Positions 32,770-48,393 are shown, counted from the first letter of the stretch. The stretch is DNA of 64,000 nt from the human T2T-CHM13v2.0 reference genome, Homo sapiens (GCF_009914755.1 NC_060939.1); one strand, 5' to 3'. A program made the numbers and translations. Notes: generated from the letters alone by a model not told the origin.

Positions 32770-33875
32770 ATGTGGTACATTTTCCCAAAGATGGATGCAA
32801 CGCAATCTCCCCCCTACATGCCCTTTTGTACCAAAATGTGGGTGGCTGAACCTTCCATCAAGGGACAGGGACTATCTGTCCACCCTCTCAAATGTGAACT
32901 CCTTTTGTGGCCTGCTTTGAACAATGGAATGCGGCGGTAGTGACACTGTCTGAGTCCTGGAGCCCCGGCCTCGGAGGCTGACACCTCTACTTCTGTCCTC
33001 TGGCCACGGTCCCCACTGTAGTGCTCTCCTTGCACGGACAGAGCTCAGCCCATGCCACTGACTAGGGATGACAGGAAAGGCTCAGCAGCCAGCATCAAAG
33101 TTCCAAATAGAAGAGTGAGGCCGTTTAGACCATTATGTAATTGAGTGTCCTGTTTTTAAAAAGTATTTCTTCTTTCTCCTTCCTGCCTGTTCCTTGTCTT
33201 GCCCTTAGCATGAGATAATAGTCTTTGCTCTCCCTCCTTCTACCAGGAACTCCCTGGCACAATGTTTCCCTCATCTAATTATGTTTTTGTTTAGAAGTTC
33301 CAGAGACTAAATCTTGAAACAATTCGGGCCACTATGGGATTCTCCCTGACCTGCAGATTACTTCCAAGCTGCAGTTAATTTGCAACTGGGCTGTACCCAA
33401 GATGGCACCAGCCCATTCACCAGATGGGGCAATAACGCAAGATAGTCATAGGAACAAGTCATGTAGACTGGCACCTCCTCATCACTCCTGCATGCCCCTC
33501 ATACCAAACACCCTTTTTAAGCCCTTAACCTTGACCCAAAAAGCTGAAATGGTTTCTTTCAGGCACTATCCGTGGCCATTTCCCCATGGAATGGGGAAGA
33601 AAGCTTTTGGGATAAAGTCACTTTCCTTTCACTGTATTGCATCCTTGTTCTCGGCTTTGCAAGCAGCAAATAGCCGTGCCTGCATTCGGTTACAATTGGA
33701 TTGCTCCAGCTACACTGCAATCACAGAAGAAAGTTTAGGCAAGACCAGCAAAAAAAAAAAAAAAAGAAAAAAAAAAAGAAAACCCATGGAATCCTGAGGA
33801 ATGATAAAACTATTGTTGTTTTAAGCCATTACCTTTTGAGGTGGCTTGTGGCACAGCAATAGATAACCAAAACAC
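32770..33875 (+). mobile_element. MLT1E/F LTR interrupted by an ERV1 LTR
   Basis: Ends ttgttgttttaagcc...gcacagcaatagataac. Confidence 0.65.
33136..33694 (+). mobile_element. ERV1 solo LTR (family uncertain)
   Basis: tgtaa...ttaca termini; 4-bp TSD atta / attg. Confidence 0.75.
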
Positions 33876-34649
33876 CATACTCAATCACAATACCACACAC
33901 ACATTTATTTTGTTTAAAGTAGAAATATATCTAATGAGAGATATGCAGTGCCTCTACTCAGAACATTATAAAACAATATTGAGATAAATTACGTGAGACC
34001 CAAATACATGTTCATAGCAGACATGCTACGGTAAAGATATCAATATTCCCCATATTCATCAAAAGCTTCAATATAATCCCATTAAAAATTCCAGCAGGGT
34101 TTCTTTATACAATTTGACCAATTTACTAAAAAGCTCATGTGAAAATGCAAATGGCCCTGAATAGCAAAACAAGTCTGAACAACAAAATGCTGATGTTATA
34201 GATACCAAGTCTTATTTATAAATCTATAGTTATTAAGACAATCTGGTATTAATGCAAGTATAGACAAAAAGACCAACAAGATCGAACAGAGAATCCAGAA
34301 AGTGACCCATGGTTAGGAGGACACTCATTCGTCACAGAGATGGCACTGCACAGCTGTGGGGAAGGGACTGTCTTTTGAATAAATAGCCCAGGATCAATTG
34401 GATATTCATACAGAAAAATGAAATTACATTTTTTAAACAAAAATTTACTTTCGGTAAACTGTAGTTCTAAATATAGGTGGGAAAATAAAGCTATTTGATG
34501 ATAACAGGAGAAAAACTCTGTGACCCTGAGGTAGGAAAAATATTTTTTAAATCAAGACACCAAAAAGACCACTGAAAAGGCAAGCCTCTGAAAGCAAGAA
34601 ACACATACTGTTCTGTATGCATATTTGTATACGTGCGTGTGTGCATATA

Positions 34650-35176
34650 CAGTCATGTGCCACACAATGCTGTTTTAGGCAAGTCTGGGCCACGTATGTG
34701 ACAGTGGTCTCGTTTGACTGTAACGCCCAGCACAGTGCTCCTGCTCCTGTTTCCCCATCATCACCAACACCTGGTGTTGTCAGGGCCTCTACACTGGCTG
34801 TTCTCTCTGCCTGGAAAGTTCTTCCCACATGGCTCACTCCCTTGCCTCCTTCAGGTCCCCAGCAATGGTGAGATCTTCCCTCATAACTCTATATTAAGTG
34901 TAGTAATTAACGGTACAATATTTCTACTGTACCTTTTCTGTGTTTAGGTATGTTTAGAAGCACATATGCTCACCACTGTGTTACAGTCACCTATAGTATT
35001 CAGCACAGTAACGTGCTGTACAGGTTTATGGTCCAGGAGCAATGGGCTGTACCCTATAGCCTATAGGTGTGTAGTAAGCTGTACCCTCATCTAGGCTTGA
35101 GTAAGTACTCTCTATGATGTCTACACAACATGCATTTCCCAGAACACCTTTGTCATTAAGCACATAACACATAACT
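34650..35176. mobile_element. Tigger3a (Golem/MER7) MITE carrying a foreign insert of about 190 bp
   Basis: cagtcatgtgccacacaatg ... actgtaccttttct...cattaagcac...ataact. Confidence 0.85.
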
Positions 35177-35290
35177 ATATATGTACATGTGTATGTATGT
35201 ACATACATATATGTATATATCCGCCCAACAAATCACAAATAACTCAATGACGGGATCATTTCCAGAACATACAAAATAAATAAGAAAAAT

Positions 35291-35655
<365 letters not shown>

Positions 35656-35929
35656 TCAAGTAAGCATGAAAAGGCACTCTACCTTATTAGCAATCAAGGA
35701 GATGCAGAACAAAACTGTAATGAGACACCATGACTCACCACCCTATGGCTAAGATGAAAATGACTGACAACATCAAGTGCGGGTGATAATGGGGAAAAAC
35801 AGGAACATTGGTGGGGTAATGTAAGCTGGACCAACCACTGTGGAAAATGATCTGGCATTATCTACTAAAGTTGAACCTATGCACCCCGAAATTTCACTCC
35901 TAGAGAGTGCACAAAAAGATTTGATATGA

Positions 35930-36232
35930 GGCACGGTGTGGTGGCTCACGTCTGTAATCCCAGCACTTTGGGAGGCCGAGGTGGGTGGATCACCTGGGGT
36001 CAGGAGTTTGAGACCAGCCTGATCAACATGGCAAAACCCCATCTCTACTAAAAATACAAAAATTAGCCAGGCATGGTGGTGCGCACCTGTAAACCCAGCT
36101 ACTCAGGAGGCTGAGGCAGGAGAATCACTGGAATCCGGGAGGTGGAGGTTTCAGTGAGCCAAGATCGCACCACTGCACTCCAGCCTGGGTGACAGAGTGA
36201 GACTCCATCTCAAAAAATATATATATACATAT
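35930..36232 (+). mobile_element. AluS with (TA)n tail
   Basis: Dimeric Alu. Confidence 0.93.
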
Positions 36233-36399
36233 ATAAGTGAAAGTTCACAGCAGCATTATTTGTAATAGTCACCAAATTGAAATAATCTAAATGTCCATCA
36301 ACAACAAAATGCATAAATAAAATGCAGGATGTATACGACGAAACACTGTACAGCAATAAGAAGGAGGAACTACGGCTAAATGCGGCAACATGAATGGAT

Positions 36400-37020
36400 C
36401 TCATTCCTTCACTGCTTTTGTGGATCTGGCCCTGGCCTCCCAGGGCACAGGTACCAGAGGGACCCTCCTGCAAGTCCCTCCTCACCTCACCACCACAATG
36501 GTCCTCAAAAAAGTCAAACTCTTTAAAATCCCCCACCAGTCTGCACACCGGGCAGCCCCTGTTGTCTAGCCTCACCTCCTACTTTCCCTGAGGGCACTCT
36601 CCCGAGCCATAACTTCTCCTCGCAGTCTGTTCCTTGAGTGTGCCAGGCGTGCTTCCACCTCAGGGCTCTGCACGGGTTGTCCTCTCTGCCTGGAAAGTTC
36701 TTCCCCTGCAGAATCACGCGGCTCACTCCCTTGCCTCCTGCAGGTCTTGGGGACCATGAGCCCTTTCCCATGACTCTATATTCAGGTATCACCCCATGTC
36801 CATACTCCTGAGGTTTTGAACGAGTTTTACTTTTTCACCATAACACTCACCTGCATCTGGTATATGATTTATCTGCCCATTCTGTATGATCAATCTCCCT
36901 GCACAAGAATGCAGCTTTGGGAGAATGAGAATTTTGCCTCTTTTGTTCACTGTTATATCCGTAGGAGCCAGAGCTCTTCTAACACACAGAAGGCACTCAG
37001 TACAATTCTGTTAAAAGAAT
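36400..37020 (+). mobile_element. L2 3' fragment
   Basis: ctctctgcctggaa; ttgttcactgttatatcc; gaaggcactcagta. Confidence 0.7.
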
Positions 37021-38582
37021 GGCCACATAAGAAGACAGAAACACAAATGCTGACTGATGCTGTCTGTGCTTAGACAGAGCTTGTCTATCCGTGGGCCTCA
37101 CCAGTAGGTTCCTCTGCCTGTGATTTTCTTTCTCTAGGCCGTGAACTTCTATAGAAAGGACTCTTGCAGCTCCTGCCAGGGCATTGTTGAGACTAGCAGC
37201 CAGCACTGTGGGAGCCAAAGGGAGCGAAGCTGAGGAGGCCGATGGAGATGCGGCCTCATCTCTTCAAAGGCTCTCACTTAATCCCAAGTGACTTAATCCC
37301 AGTGTTCACAGAACATCCATGTGCCCCCCTGCAGTTCCTGCCTCCCTTGCAGCTGGGATGGGCCATGTGCCTGAGTCTGGTGAATGGACATGTGAGTAGA
37401 AGGGGTGTGTCCCCTCTGGCCTGAGGTGCTCACCATCAGGTGCCTCCCCCATCCCTTTCTTCCCCCTAGACAGCAATTCTGGGGGCCATGGAAGGGGTCT
37501 CATTACCTCCCTTCCCACACAGAGGAAAGCTGCCCTGAAGAGCTATCCAGTCCATACTATGCATTTGTGACTAAGAAACAAACCTTTGCTACGTTAAGCC
37601 ATTGAAATTTCAAGGGTTTTTTTGTTACTGCAGCATAGACTATCTCATCCTGACGATCTTCTGTCAGGCACCCCCACTCCTGCCTTAGCTGTACTAGACA
37701 TCCTTGTACTCTGATGTCTCTCTGGTTCAACCTCTGTCTGCTACTGGGGTCAGATGGACAGTTACAAAGCTGCACAGGCTCCATTTGGGGCTCTGAGGGG
37801 GTTGCCTGCATATCACAGACTGTAAACCAGTGCTCCTTTTGCCCCATCCACATTCCTGCCTTCAGAGACATCTGGTGACTCTAATTCCTGAGCCCTTGCA
37901 GGGCCCTGAGGCACAAATCAGCTTGTTTCTTCCTGCCCCACCCTGGACCCCCAGCTCTCAGCATGGTGGATAAGCAGAAAGAAATCGAAGCCAACCACAC
38001 AATGATACACTTCTCGTGCTTCCAAAATGCTGCTGACATTTCCCATCTGTTCATCTCCTCTTTGTGAGTTTGAATCTTTTTTCTTTTATTCTTTTATTGT
38101 CATTTTAATGGTGCTTCAGGAGAAATAGTGATAAACAATAACTATTTCGTGAATACCTATTTATTTTGAATATTCATTGTAACCACTGCTAAGAACAGCA
38201 AAACTTTTAGGTTTGCATAGGTTTTTTTTTTCTTCCAAGAAGTTCAGAGTACATTTAAAATATCAGTTCAAAGAACAAAAGGAAAATATTATTATTACCA
38301 TTTTAAATCAGATAAAGCCCTGTGAGGTCTGAAAAACTGCCCCACCACCCAATGTCTGCCAATGCTGGGACACAATCCAGGCTCCCATCTCATGATCTGA
38401 TTTTCTACTAGTGGACACTATCCTGAGTGCTATCATTTATATCCATCTTCCCACCTTTCATAGGAATTCTATCTGCATAACCCAAAGAATACCTGCTGGA
38501 GACTGACACTTACTGCAACTTTGCCAGCACTTTCATGTTCTTAACAAGGCATTTCACCAGTTTAACTACTGATCATCACTGA

Positions 38583-39086
<504 letters not shown>

Positions 39087-39551
39087 TAAGATCATGTATA
39101 TGTATATGGCTTGGAAAATTTATAAGGTCTCCATCTAGAAGCTGTACATCTTTGGTTTTAAAAGGAGAGGGCTAGAGAGAGGATAAATCCAATCAGTTGC
39201 TTCTTTCATTCCTCACTTCTTTTCTACTGTTAACATACGTGGTCATAAAGAATACCAGATGCAGGCCAAATACATTTGCCATGAGAAAAAGATAAAAATC
39301 AAAACTTATGGCTTCTCAATACTGCTTAGTATTAAAGCACAATGCTGCATTCTCTACTACAGCTGTGTAGTTACAAGAATCTATTTGAGTGGCCATGTGT
39401 CAAAGATAACGGCACAAAAAGGCTGGGTCTATATGGCTCATGGCCCAACATCCACTGCTTAACATGATGCTTTTTCTGGATTAAGATCTTCAAGTCAGGC
39501 AAAGGCTCCGGAGGAGGACAGAAAACCAAAGTGAAGAGATGCACTAGGTAG

Positions 39552-39926
<375 letters not shown>

Positions 39927-41816
39927 TTATTGACTCTTAGAACCAGGAAGGGTTCCCCCAGGTCCCAGGCAGAGAGTGGGGATGCAAGCAGGCCCAGAAG
40001 CAGGTGTGAGCTGCTGTGGGCATCGCTCTGTCCAGGCCGTCCCCTCTGTCCTTGGCTTGGCTCTAATCCTGCAGCATGGCTTACTTCACACTCGGGGAAG
40101 CGTGGAAGTTGGCCATGCTGAGCAACTCTCTTAATGGAGAGATGGAGTGTGGGGTCCACACCCTCCACCCCCGCTCCACTGCCTGCACACCATGCCAAGT
40201 CCAGGTATTCTAGGGAATGGAATTCTTTGGGGTTCGCTGCCATGCCCAAGACAGTGCCTTCATGCTGTCCTCACAGCGCATCCTGCAGTAACTGTGGGGA
40301 AACTGAGGGTGGGGGGAGATTGTCTGGGAAGAGGAGCTGGGCCTACAATTCTGATGCTCCCTGCAGCCTAATCTCCACCCCCCATGTCACTGCCAAGGAA
40401 TCTTGCAGCCCAGGGCAGACAGCAAGAGCCTCTGCCCACTAGGTCTGGTGCTCAGAAGCAAAGAGGGCCCTCTGGGGGGACAGTCAACACAAGGAGACTT
40501 AGGGTGGGTATGGGCAGCCAGAGCCCCAGCCCCAGGAGCTGGGATTAGGGCCCAGGAATGAGGAAACAGGGAGGGGAAAGCACATTGACCAATCCTGGAA
40601 GCAGCGTTATTGAAAGGTTCTGGAAATTCAAAGAAGCAGGCAATGTGTGGGCAGACTCCCGTTAGTGGCCAGAGCCCAGAAGGAACCAACTTTGCCTTCA
40701 ACCTCAGCCCACTCCCTGCTAACAGAGGAAGATGGTGACGAGTCTGAGGGGCAGAAGGAGGTCCAGGCATAGAATTGCACTTGTCCTGGGTCTCTGCAGG
40801 TCAGCAGTGGGATGAGTAGGGAGACAGCCCGCCCTGGGCCTCCACAGTGGGGAAATGAGGCAAACGTGTCTCTTTTGCTACAGGACCAAGTCCACTGTCC
40901 TAGAAAGGTTTAGTTGACAAAAAAGGAGACATTCACACATTTCCTCCAGCAGACCCACTCACTGTTATTTGTTACCTGGGAAACCAAACAGCCATATATA
41001 AACAAGGGTAAATCTTAGAATCTTGGAAATGAAAGTGCCATAATTTCCAGGATGATATTAAAACGCCGTGACTTTCTGAAAAGGGTTCCAGCAACGTGGT
41101 TGACAGAAAATATTGTGCTTTCTTTTCCACAAGGAGATTGAATGTGTCTTATTTACAGTTACCCAGAAAACAATGATGAAAGTAGCTAAGTCTGCATTCT
41201 AGAGGCACAGGTCAAGGTGTCTGAGGAACAATTTGGCATCTTGGAAAGTGAAGTCCCGAGGCTGGGACCCTGTGGGGAGCCTTCTTCATTGCAGGCTCCA
41301 AGCCGCCAGTCTCCTGCTGTAGGGAGAAGGCTGTCGGTGCTGCAAGGATGGAGGGGGATGTGCAGAGCCCAGGCACTGAGAGAAGCTTCTTAGAGCCAGA
41401 CCATCGGGAGGGAGAAAACAGGGTGACAGGGGTCAGTTCATGAAGACCCTTGGATTGGATTTCATTCCAAGAACAGTGAAAAACCCATGTAAATCAGGAC
41501 TTCGTGAATGTGCTTATTCTAACTTCCAGAGGAAATAATGAATGAACTGTCTACTGAAAACCCCTGCCTGTGCTCCATCTGAAATGCTGCCTCCCTCAAA
41601 GCATGAAGCTGGAGTCAGCACTGATGACGATGGGCAGCTGGAGTGGGAGAAGAGGAGTGGCATGGCCTCAGGGAGGGCCAGGTCCCCCTGCACCTCTTTC
41701 CCACTTGGTGTCCCCCACCTGGTCACTCCCAGGAAGCCACTGCTGAATTGACAGCCAGGCCTCTACTGAGTCAAGGGCGACATCTGGAGATGTAGAATCA
41801 GACATAAAACTCAGCA

Positions 41817-42320
41817 CAGTACTCATCCCTTATCCTTAGGGGGATACATCCTAAGACCCCCAGTGGATACGTGAAACTGCAGATGGTACCAAACCCTACG
41901 CAGCAGTTTTTCCTATACTTACATACATATGATACAGTTTATAAATTAAGCAAATAAGAGAATAACAATAGCTATTGATAAAATAGAACAATTATAACAA
42001 TATGCCAGTAAAACTACTCTTGTGTTTTGCCACCATTAAGTAATATGAGGGTTCCTTGAACGGAAGCACTGCGATGTATGTCTGATAACCATCCTGGCTA
42101 CTAAGTGACGGCCACGTGGGGAGTGTGGACAGCCTGGAGACGCTGGACAAAGGGATGAAGAAAGACAGCAGGAGATTTTTATCCTGCGACTCAGAACAGT
42201 GGATTTAAAACTTGTGAGTTGTCTGTTTCTGGAATATTCCATTTAGTATTTGCAGCCCATGGTTGATCAAAGGTAACAGAAACTGTGGAAAGTGAAACCT
42301 TGGGGAAGAGGGGACTGCTG
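41817..42320. mobile_element. MER44B-like Tigger7 derivative
   Basis: Terminal repeats cagtactcatccctt / gaggggactgctg-ta; inverted relative to the copy at 18715. Confidence 0.8.
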
Positions 42321-42347
42321 TATAAAAAACTTTGAAACCTTTTCCAT

Positions 42348-42595
42348 ATGTGTGTGGGCTCCATCCAATCACGTGAAGGCCTCAAGGGAACAAGACTGAC
42401 CTCCCCTGAGCAAGGAGGAATTCTGCCAGCAGAAGGGCTTTGGATCGAACTGTAACTCTTCCCTGGGTCTCCAGTCTGCTGGCCTACCCTGCAGGTTTCC
42501 ACAACACCATGAGCCAATTCCTGAAAACAATCTCTCTCTATGTATATATACACATCCTGCTGATTCTATTTCTCTAGAGAATCCCAATTAATAGA
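42348..42595 (+). mobile_element. MLT2 LTR 3' fragment
   Basis: gtgggctccatccaatc...ctctagagaatccc. Confidence 0.75.
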
Positions 42596-43227
42596 AACAG
42601 TAATGTAGAAAAGAGATGATGGTGGCTTGGATGAGGGGGTAGCAGTGGAGGTGATGAGAAATAGTTACATTCAGGGTGATTTGTAGGATTTCCTGAAAGT
42701 TTGGATTATAGGATTGAGAGAAACAGAAGGGCTAAGAATGAATCTACAGAAGGGCAAATGTAAGATGCTATAGAAGGCAGAATTAGACCTATTTTAAAAA
42801 ACACATGAAATCCTCAGAACAAATATTGGAAAAAGAGATCCTTTAAAAAATTGTTACAAAACTACAAAATAACTAGGCCCAAAATCGACAGAAAATATTA
42901 TGAACCTAAAGCAAAGTAAAAACTCTGAAACTCTACAGAAAATCATAAAACTTGATGTTTTTTAAATTAAACATTACATATATTGAATACTATAAAGATG
43001 TCAGTTCTACTAAAATAACATATAAATCCAGTAATCCTAGTTACAGTAACAACTGGATTGGGATATGTATTAGTTTTCTAGGGCTGCTGTAATCAAGTAC
43101 CACAAATTGGGTGGTTTAAAACAACAGAGCATCCATCAGGGAGAGAATTGGTCAAATCAGAGCTTTCTAGAAAGGCCATCCCTTAAGAGCAGGTCTATCT
43201 CAGCTCTAGAGTAAGGGTTACTCTAGG

Positions 43228-43395
43228 CCATTGGTTGGCAAACTGTAGCACATGGGTCAAATGTGGCCTATTGCCCTGTTATCATATAGCCTGTGAACTA
43301 AGAATGACTTTTACATTTTAATGAAGAAATATATGTCACAGACCATCTGTGACCCATAAACCCTGGTCCTTTACAGTAAGTTTACCAACCCCTGC
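43228..43395. mobile_element. MER58-like hAT MITE
   Basis: ggttggcaaact ... aagtttaccaacccctg. Confidence 0.65.
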
Positions 43396-43399
43396 TGGA

Positions 43400-45570
43400 A
43401 ACCTACCATAAAAAATCTTAAAAACAAACTCAAAAGCACCAAGCTAATCCACAAATAAATGAACTAACTACCTGCCAGAACAAAATTCAACACTCTCTGA
43501 AGCGAACAAAATCTAAAATCCAGACACTCAGCCGTATCACATTTACAATGTCCAGCATACGCTCAAAACTTAATAGATGAATTCACTAGAGAATAAGTTT
43601 CAGACAACCAAAATGACCAAAGAGACACTGACAAAAGACATATGGAAAGCTCACACTGGCCAAACTTAGAACAGTGTACGCATCATAGGGAATAATAATT
43701 GCAGGGAGTAAAACATGTCTATGAAGTTCATAATGATCTTTACAAAAACACCATTTGGCCACTTCTAGAGGATGCTCAAAAACCAATGTATTCTCCTGAT
43801 GACAGATAAAGGGAAATAACAAAGCACAGTAGATAACTAGTACCATCTCTATATCAAATAATCAAACTAATAAATGATGAGGAAATTGTAGAATTAGAAT
43901 ATCATCAGTTTGCAACCTTCAGTGTATTAATGAATCCAGGCATCACACATTAAAAGTTGCTAAAATCACAGAGAACACCAGACTTTGGCATGCCTCTTTA
44001 TGAATGAACAGAATCCCACCTATCATCTTACCAAAGAGAAAGAACTGGAGTCTGATCAGGCCTCTAAATCCTGTTGCTTATTAACAGGAAATATACAGAA
44101 CACAGGAACATTTTGAACTGCAGCAAAAGTAGGTAATCAGTGAATCCATGCGGGGTCTACAGGTGAAATGCTTCGGCTCTTGAACAGCTAGACTATAAGG
44201 AAAAATGACCCATTAAGATAAAAGGAGACAAAAAGACTTTAAAAAAATCCAACAAAACAAAACTAAACTGCAGTGTCTGAAGGATGCACATTTAGTGTTG
44301 AAACAATAAAAGAATCTAGCAGCTGAATGCACATGGTTTTTAAACTTGTGGAACATGGACAAAAATTGACCACACATGGGGCAGAAAAGCAAGCTTCAAC
44401 AAATGTCAAAAGTTTGAAACAGAAAATGTATGGTTTCTGACAACCGTATAATTAAGCTAGGACTATATAACAAAAAGATACTAGAAAACCTATGTTCACA
44501 AATTAATATCCTTCTAAGTAACCTATGAATCAAAGAAGAAATAATCAATATTAGAAAATAATTTGAACGGAATGATATTAAAACTAATAGGATACAAGTC
44601 AAGCTGTGTTTAGAGGGAATTTATAGCCCTGAGAGCATTTATTAGAGAAGTAAAGCTGAAAATTAATGACCTAAGCATTCATCTCAAGAATTTAGAAAAA
44701 GAACTGCAAATTAAATCTTCAGAAAAGAGAAAAAAAAGGAATAATAAAGACAGAAAGCAATGAAATAAAATTTCAAAATACAATAAAAAGGGAAAAACAA
44801 TTCATTGATAATTAATAAAACTGGCAAATCTGAGGTAAGATTGATGAAGAAAGCAAACTGCAGGCATAGATAACTACTATCAGAAATGGAAAGGAGGTAT
44901 CACTTCTCCTACAGGCATTAGAAAGCTAATAAGAGGATATTATCAACAAATTTATAGGAATACATTTGAAAATTTAGATAAAATGGAGGATTGCTTAGAA
45001 AAATACAACCCACCAAAACTGACACAAGAAGAAGAAATACTGAATTTGAATATATTGTAACTATTAAAGAAACTGAATCATAATTCAGCACCTTCCATGA
45101 AATAAAATCCTACAGCCAGATGACTTCAACAGTGAATTAATTCTAATGACCATTTAAGGAAGAGATACTACCAGTCTTACATGAACTCTTCCAGAAAATA
45201 GAAAAAGAACTATTCACTGTGTTTTCTAAAGGCAGCATAATCTTAGTACCAACCTCTGATAAGACCTTTCATGAAGGAAAATGATATGAACCATCTCTCT
45301 CATGAACATAAATGCAAAGATCCTAAACAAAACTTTAACAAACGTGACTTGAAAGTGAAAAAAAGAAAAAAGAAGAGTAATGTCCATGGAAATAAACTAG
45401 AAGTACATAAAAATGATAACACACCATGACCACATAAGGTTGGATCCAGGAAGCTTGGTCTATCCATAACAGGTTGAAGAAATATTTTATGATTATGTGA
45501 CAGATGAAGAAAATTACAGAACTGTGTTCAACAAGTATTCATGTTAAAAAAACTCTTAGCATACTTGGTT
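43400..45570 (+). mobile_element. L1M fragments
   Basis: Degenerate ORF2 (tgaatcaaagaagaaat, ttagataaaatgga, aaatgcaaagatcctaaac). Confidence 0.75.
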
Positions 45571-45759
45571 TAGGAGTTTTGGCTACAGCTTACTGGTGTT
45601 TAACAAACTCCTTCGGCCTCAGCAGCTGAAAACCACTTTCCTATGGTCATGAGGTCTGTGGGTCAGGAATTCTCCAGGCACAGTGGAGATGGCTTGTGTC
45701 TGCTCCATGATGTCTGGGCCTCTGCTGGAAAGACGCAGTGGTGGAGATGAACTGCTGCC

Positions 45760-46213
45760 TCTTCAGCGTCACCTTTTACCTACCACTCAGCCCCAGGTCA
45801 CGTGGCTGCAGCACACTGGCTTCTTGACTGTTCCTTCAACTCACCAGCCAGGCTCCAGCATCACAGACCTTACTTGCTCTTCCTTCTGTCTGGGGCCTTC
45901 TTAACTAGACATCCACCTGGCTGGACATTCTTCTTTCTCAAGTCACTTCTCAGTGGGATTTCTCTGGCCTCCCTATGAAAAATCAAAATCCCCATCCTGT
46001 GCCCACTGACCCTCTCTGGCCCCCTTTCTGCCTGTAATTATCACTTTATAATATATAATATAGTTAACTTATTTAACTATACTTTTATTCTATGTCTTCC
46101 CTCATGAGGATGTAAGCTTCATGAGGCAGGTATATTTTGTCTAATTTTATTCATTGCTGTATCCCCAGAGCCTAGTATATAATAAAGCACACAAACATTA
46201 GCTGTTGATTAAA
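45760..46213 (+). mobile_element. L2 3' end
   Basis: tgtaagcttcatgaggcagg...ttcattgctgtatccccagagcctag. Confidence 0.75.
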
Positions 46214-46820
46214 TGGATGGGTAGGTAGATGGATGAGTAGGTGGGGGATGGATGGATGGATGAATGGATGGGTGGATGGGTAGGTGAATGGATGAGTAGG
46301 TGGGTGGGTGGGTAGATGGATGGGTGGGTGGATGAATGGATGGATGGATGGCTAGGTGGGTGGGTGGATGGATGGATGTGTGGATGGATGTATGGGTGAA
46401 TGGGTAGATAGATGGATAGATGAATGGGTAGGTGGGTGGACAGATGGATGGGTAAATGAATGGATGGGTGGGTGAGTGGATAAATGGATGAATGGGTAGG
46501 TGAGTAAATGGATGGATAATGGATGGATGGATGGATGGATGGATGGATGGATGGATGGGTAGGTAGGTGGGTGGGTGGGTGTACAGATGGATAAGTGGAT
46601 GGAGAAATGGATGGATGGATGGATGGACGGATGAATGGGTAGACAGATGAATCGGTAGGTGGGTAGATGGATGGATGGATGGATGGATGGATGGATGATG
46701 GATGGATGGGTGGGAGGGTGGGTAAATGCATGGATGGATGGATGGATAGATAGATGGATAAATGGATGGATGGATGGATGGATGGATGGATGGATGGATG
46801 AGTGGATGGGATGGATGGAT
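46213..46820. repeat. Degenerate (TGGA)n/(TGGG)n tetranucleotide array, about 610 bp
   Basis: Directly visible. Confidence 0.98.
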
Positions 46821-46900
46821 GTTGAGGCATGGCATCACCAATGGTAGATAATCACTGGGTTAAAATGGAATATATGTTGCTATTAGGAAGAATGAATTAA

Positions 46901-47261
<361 letters not shown>

Positions 47262-48032
47262 ACAGAACATAGTCTTAATATGCTCCTTTTATTTCCATTT
47301 AAAAAATAATTTCTATACAGGTAAATATGTGTGGATATGCATCATCAGTGTTTTCTGAAAGAAGTAAAAAACACTATTCATAATGGAAGTTCTAGGGAGA
47401 AGGACTGAAATACAGGTGGGAAGGATGCCTTACTTTTCCATTTAGCACTTTTCTGCAAAGTTTGGATTTTCTAACCATGCTACTCATATTTTTATTTTAA
47501 AATATCAACAGGAGTTTTTTGACAGTATGATCATGGACTATTTAAAACAGTTTTTCTTTACAATTCTTGCTACCTAAAATAATACTTGTTATAAAATAAA
47601 AAATAAGGGTAATTTTATTTAACAGAATCGAGAAAAGCAATGCTAGTTTTTAAGGACTTCCTTGAATCACTGAGAGGTCTTCTTTTGTCACATAAGGATT
47701 AGATAATGTTCAATATTTTCTATCTGCTAAGGCAGAAGTACTTTTACTTATGCATGTCCTTAGAGTTTTCAGTAACAAAAATTTCAGATAATCAGAGCAC
47801 TTTGTTCTCTACACCGTCTGCTTTTCTGTGATTTTACGGTAATAGGCAGTATAACAGAGTTGACAGAAAAACACTTAGTAAATAAATATGGTTTAAAACT
47901 TTTTATACTAAGTTTTATGTCTGATTCTGTGTCTCCAGATACTACCTTTGACTAAGGAGAGGCATGGTTGTACGTTCAATGATGGCTCCCTGGGAATGAC
48001 CCAATGGAAGTAGCATTTTGGAAACCCTGGTT

Positions 48033-48393
48033 CTGTAATCTGAACGTTGTGGCCCATGAGATTAACATATAGAAACCTAATTCCCAGTGTGATAGTATTA
48101 AGAGGTGAGGTCTTTGGAAAGTGATTAAATCATGAGGGCGTAACCTTAATGAATGGAATTAGTGTCCTTATAAAAGAGGCTCCAGAGAACTTCCCAGCCC
48201 CTTCCACCATGTGAGGACACAGCGAGGAGGTACCATCTATGAAGCAGAAGGTGAGCCCTTGCCAGACACCAAATCTGCTTGTGCCTTCATGTTGGACTTC
48301 TAACCCTCCTGAACTGTGAGCAATAAATGTCTATGGTTTGTAAGTTACCCAGCCTATGGTATTTTGTTATAGCAGCCTGAACAAACTAAGACA
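48033..48393 (+). mobile_element. MLT1A LTR
   Basis: Ends ttgttatagcagcctgaacaaactaagaca. Confidence 0.85.

Noticed and set aside
46198-46847. 210-aa His/Pro/Ser/Ile-rich ORFs
   Set aside because: Translations of the (TCCA)n microsatellite.
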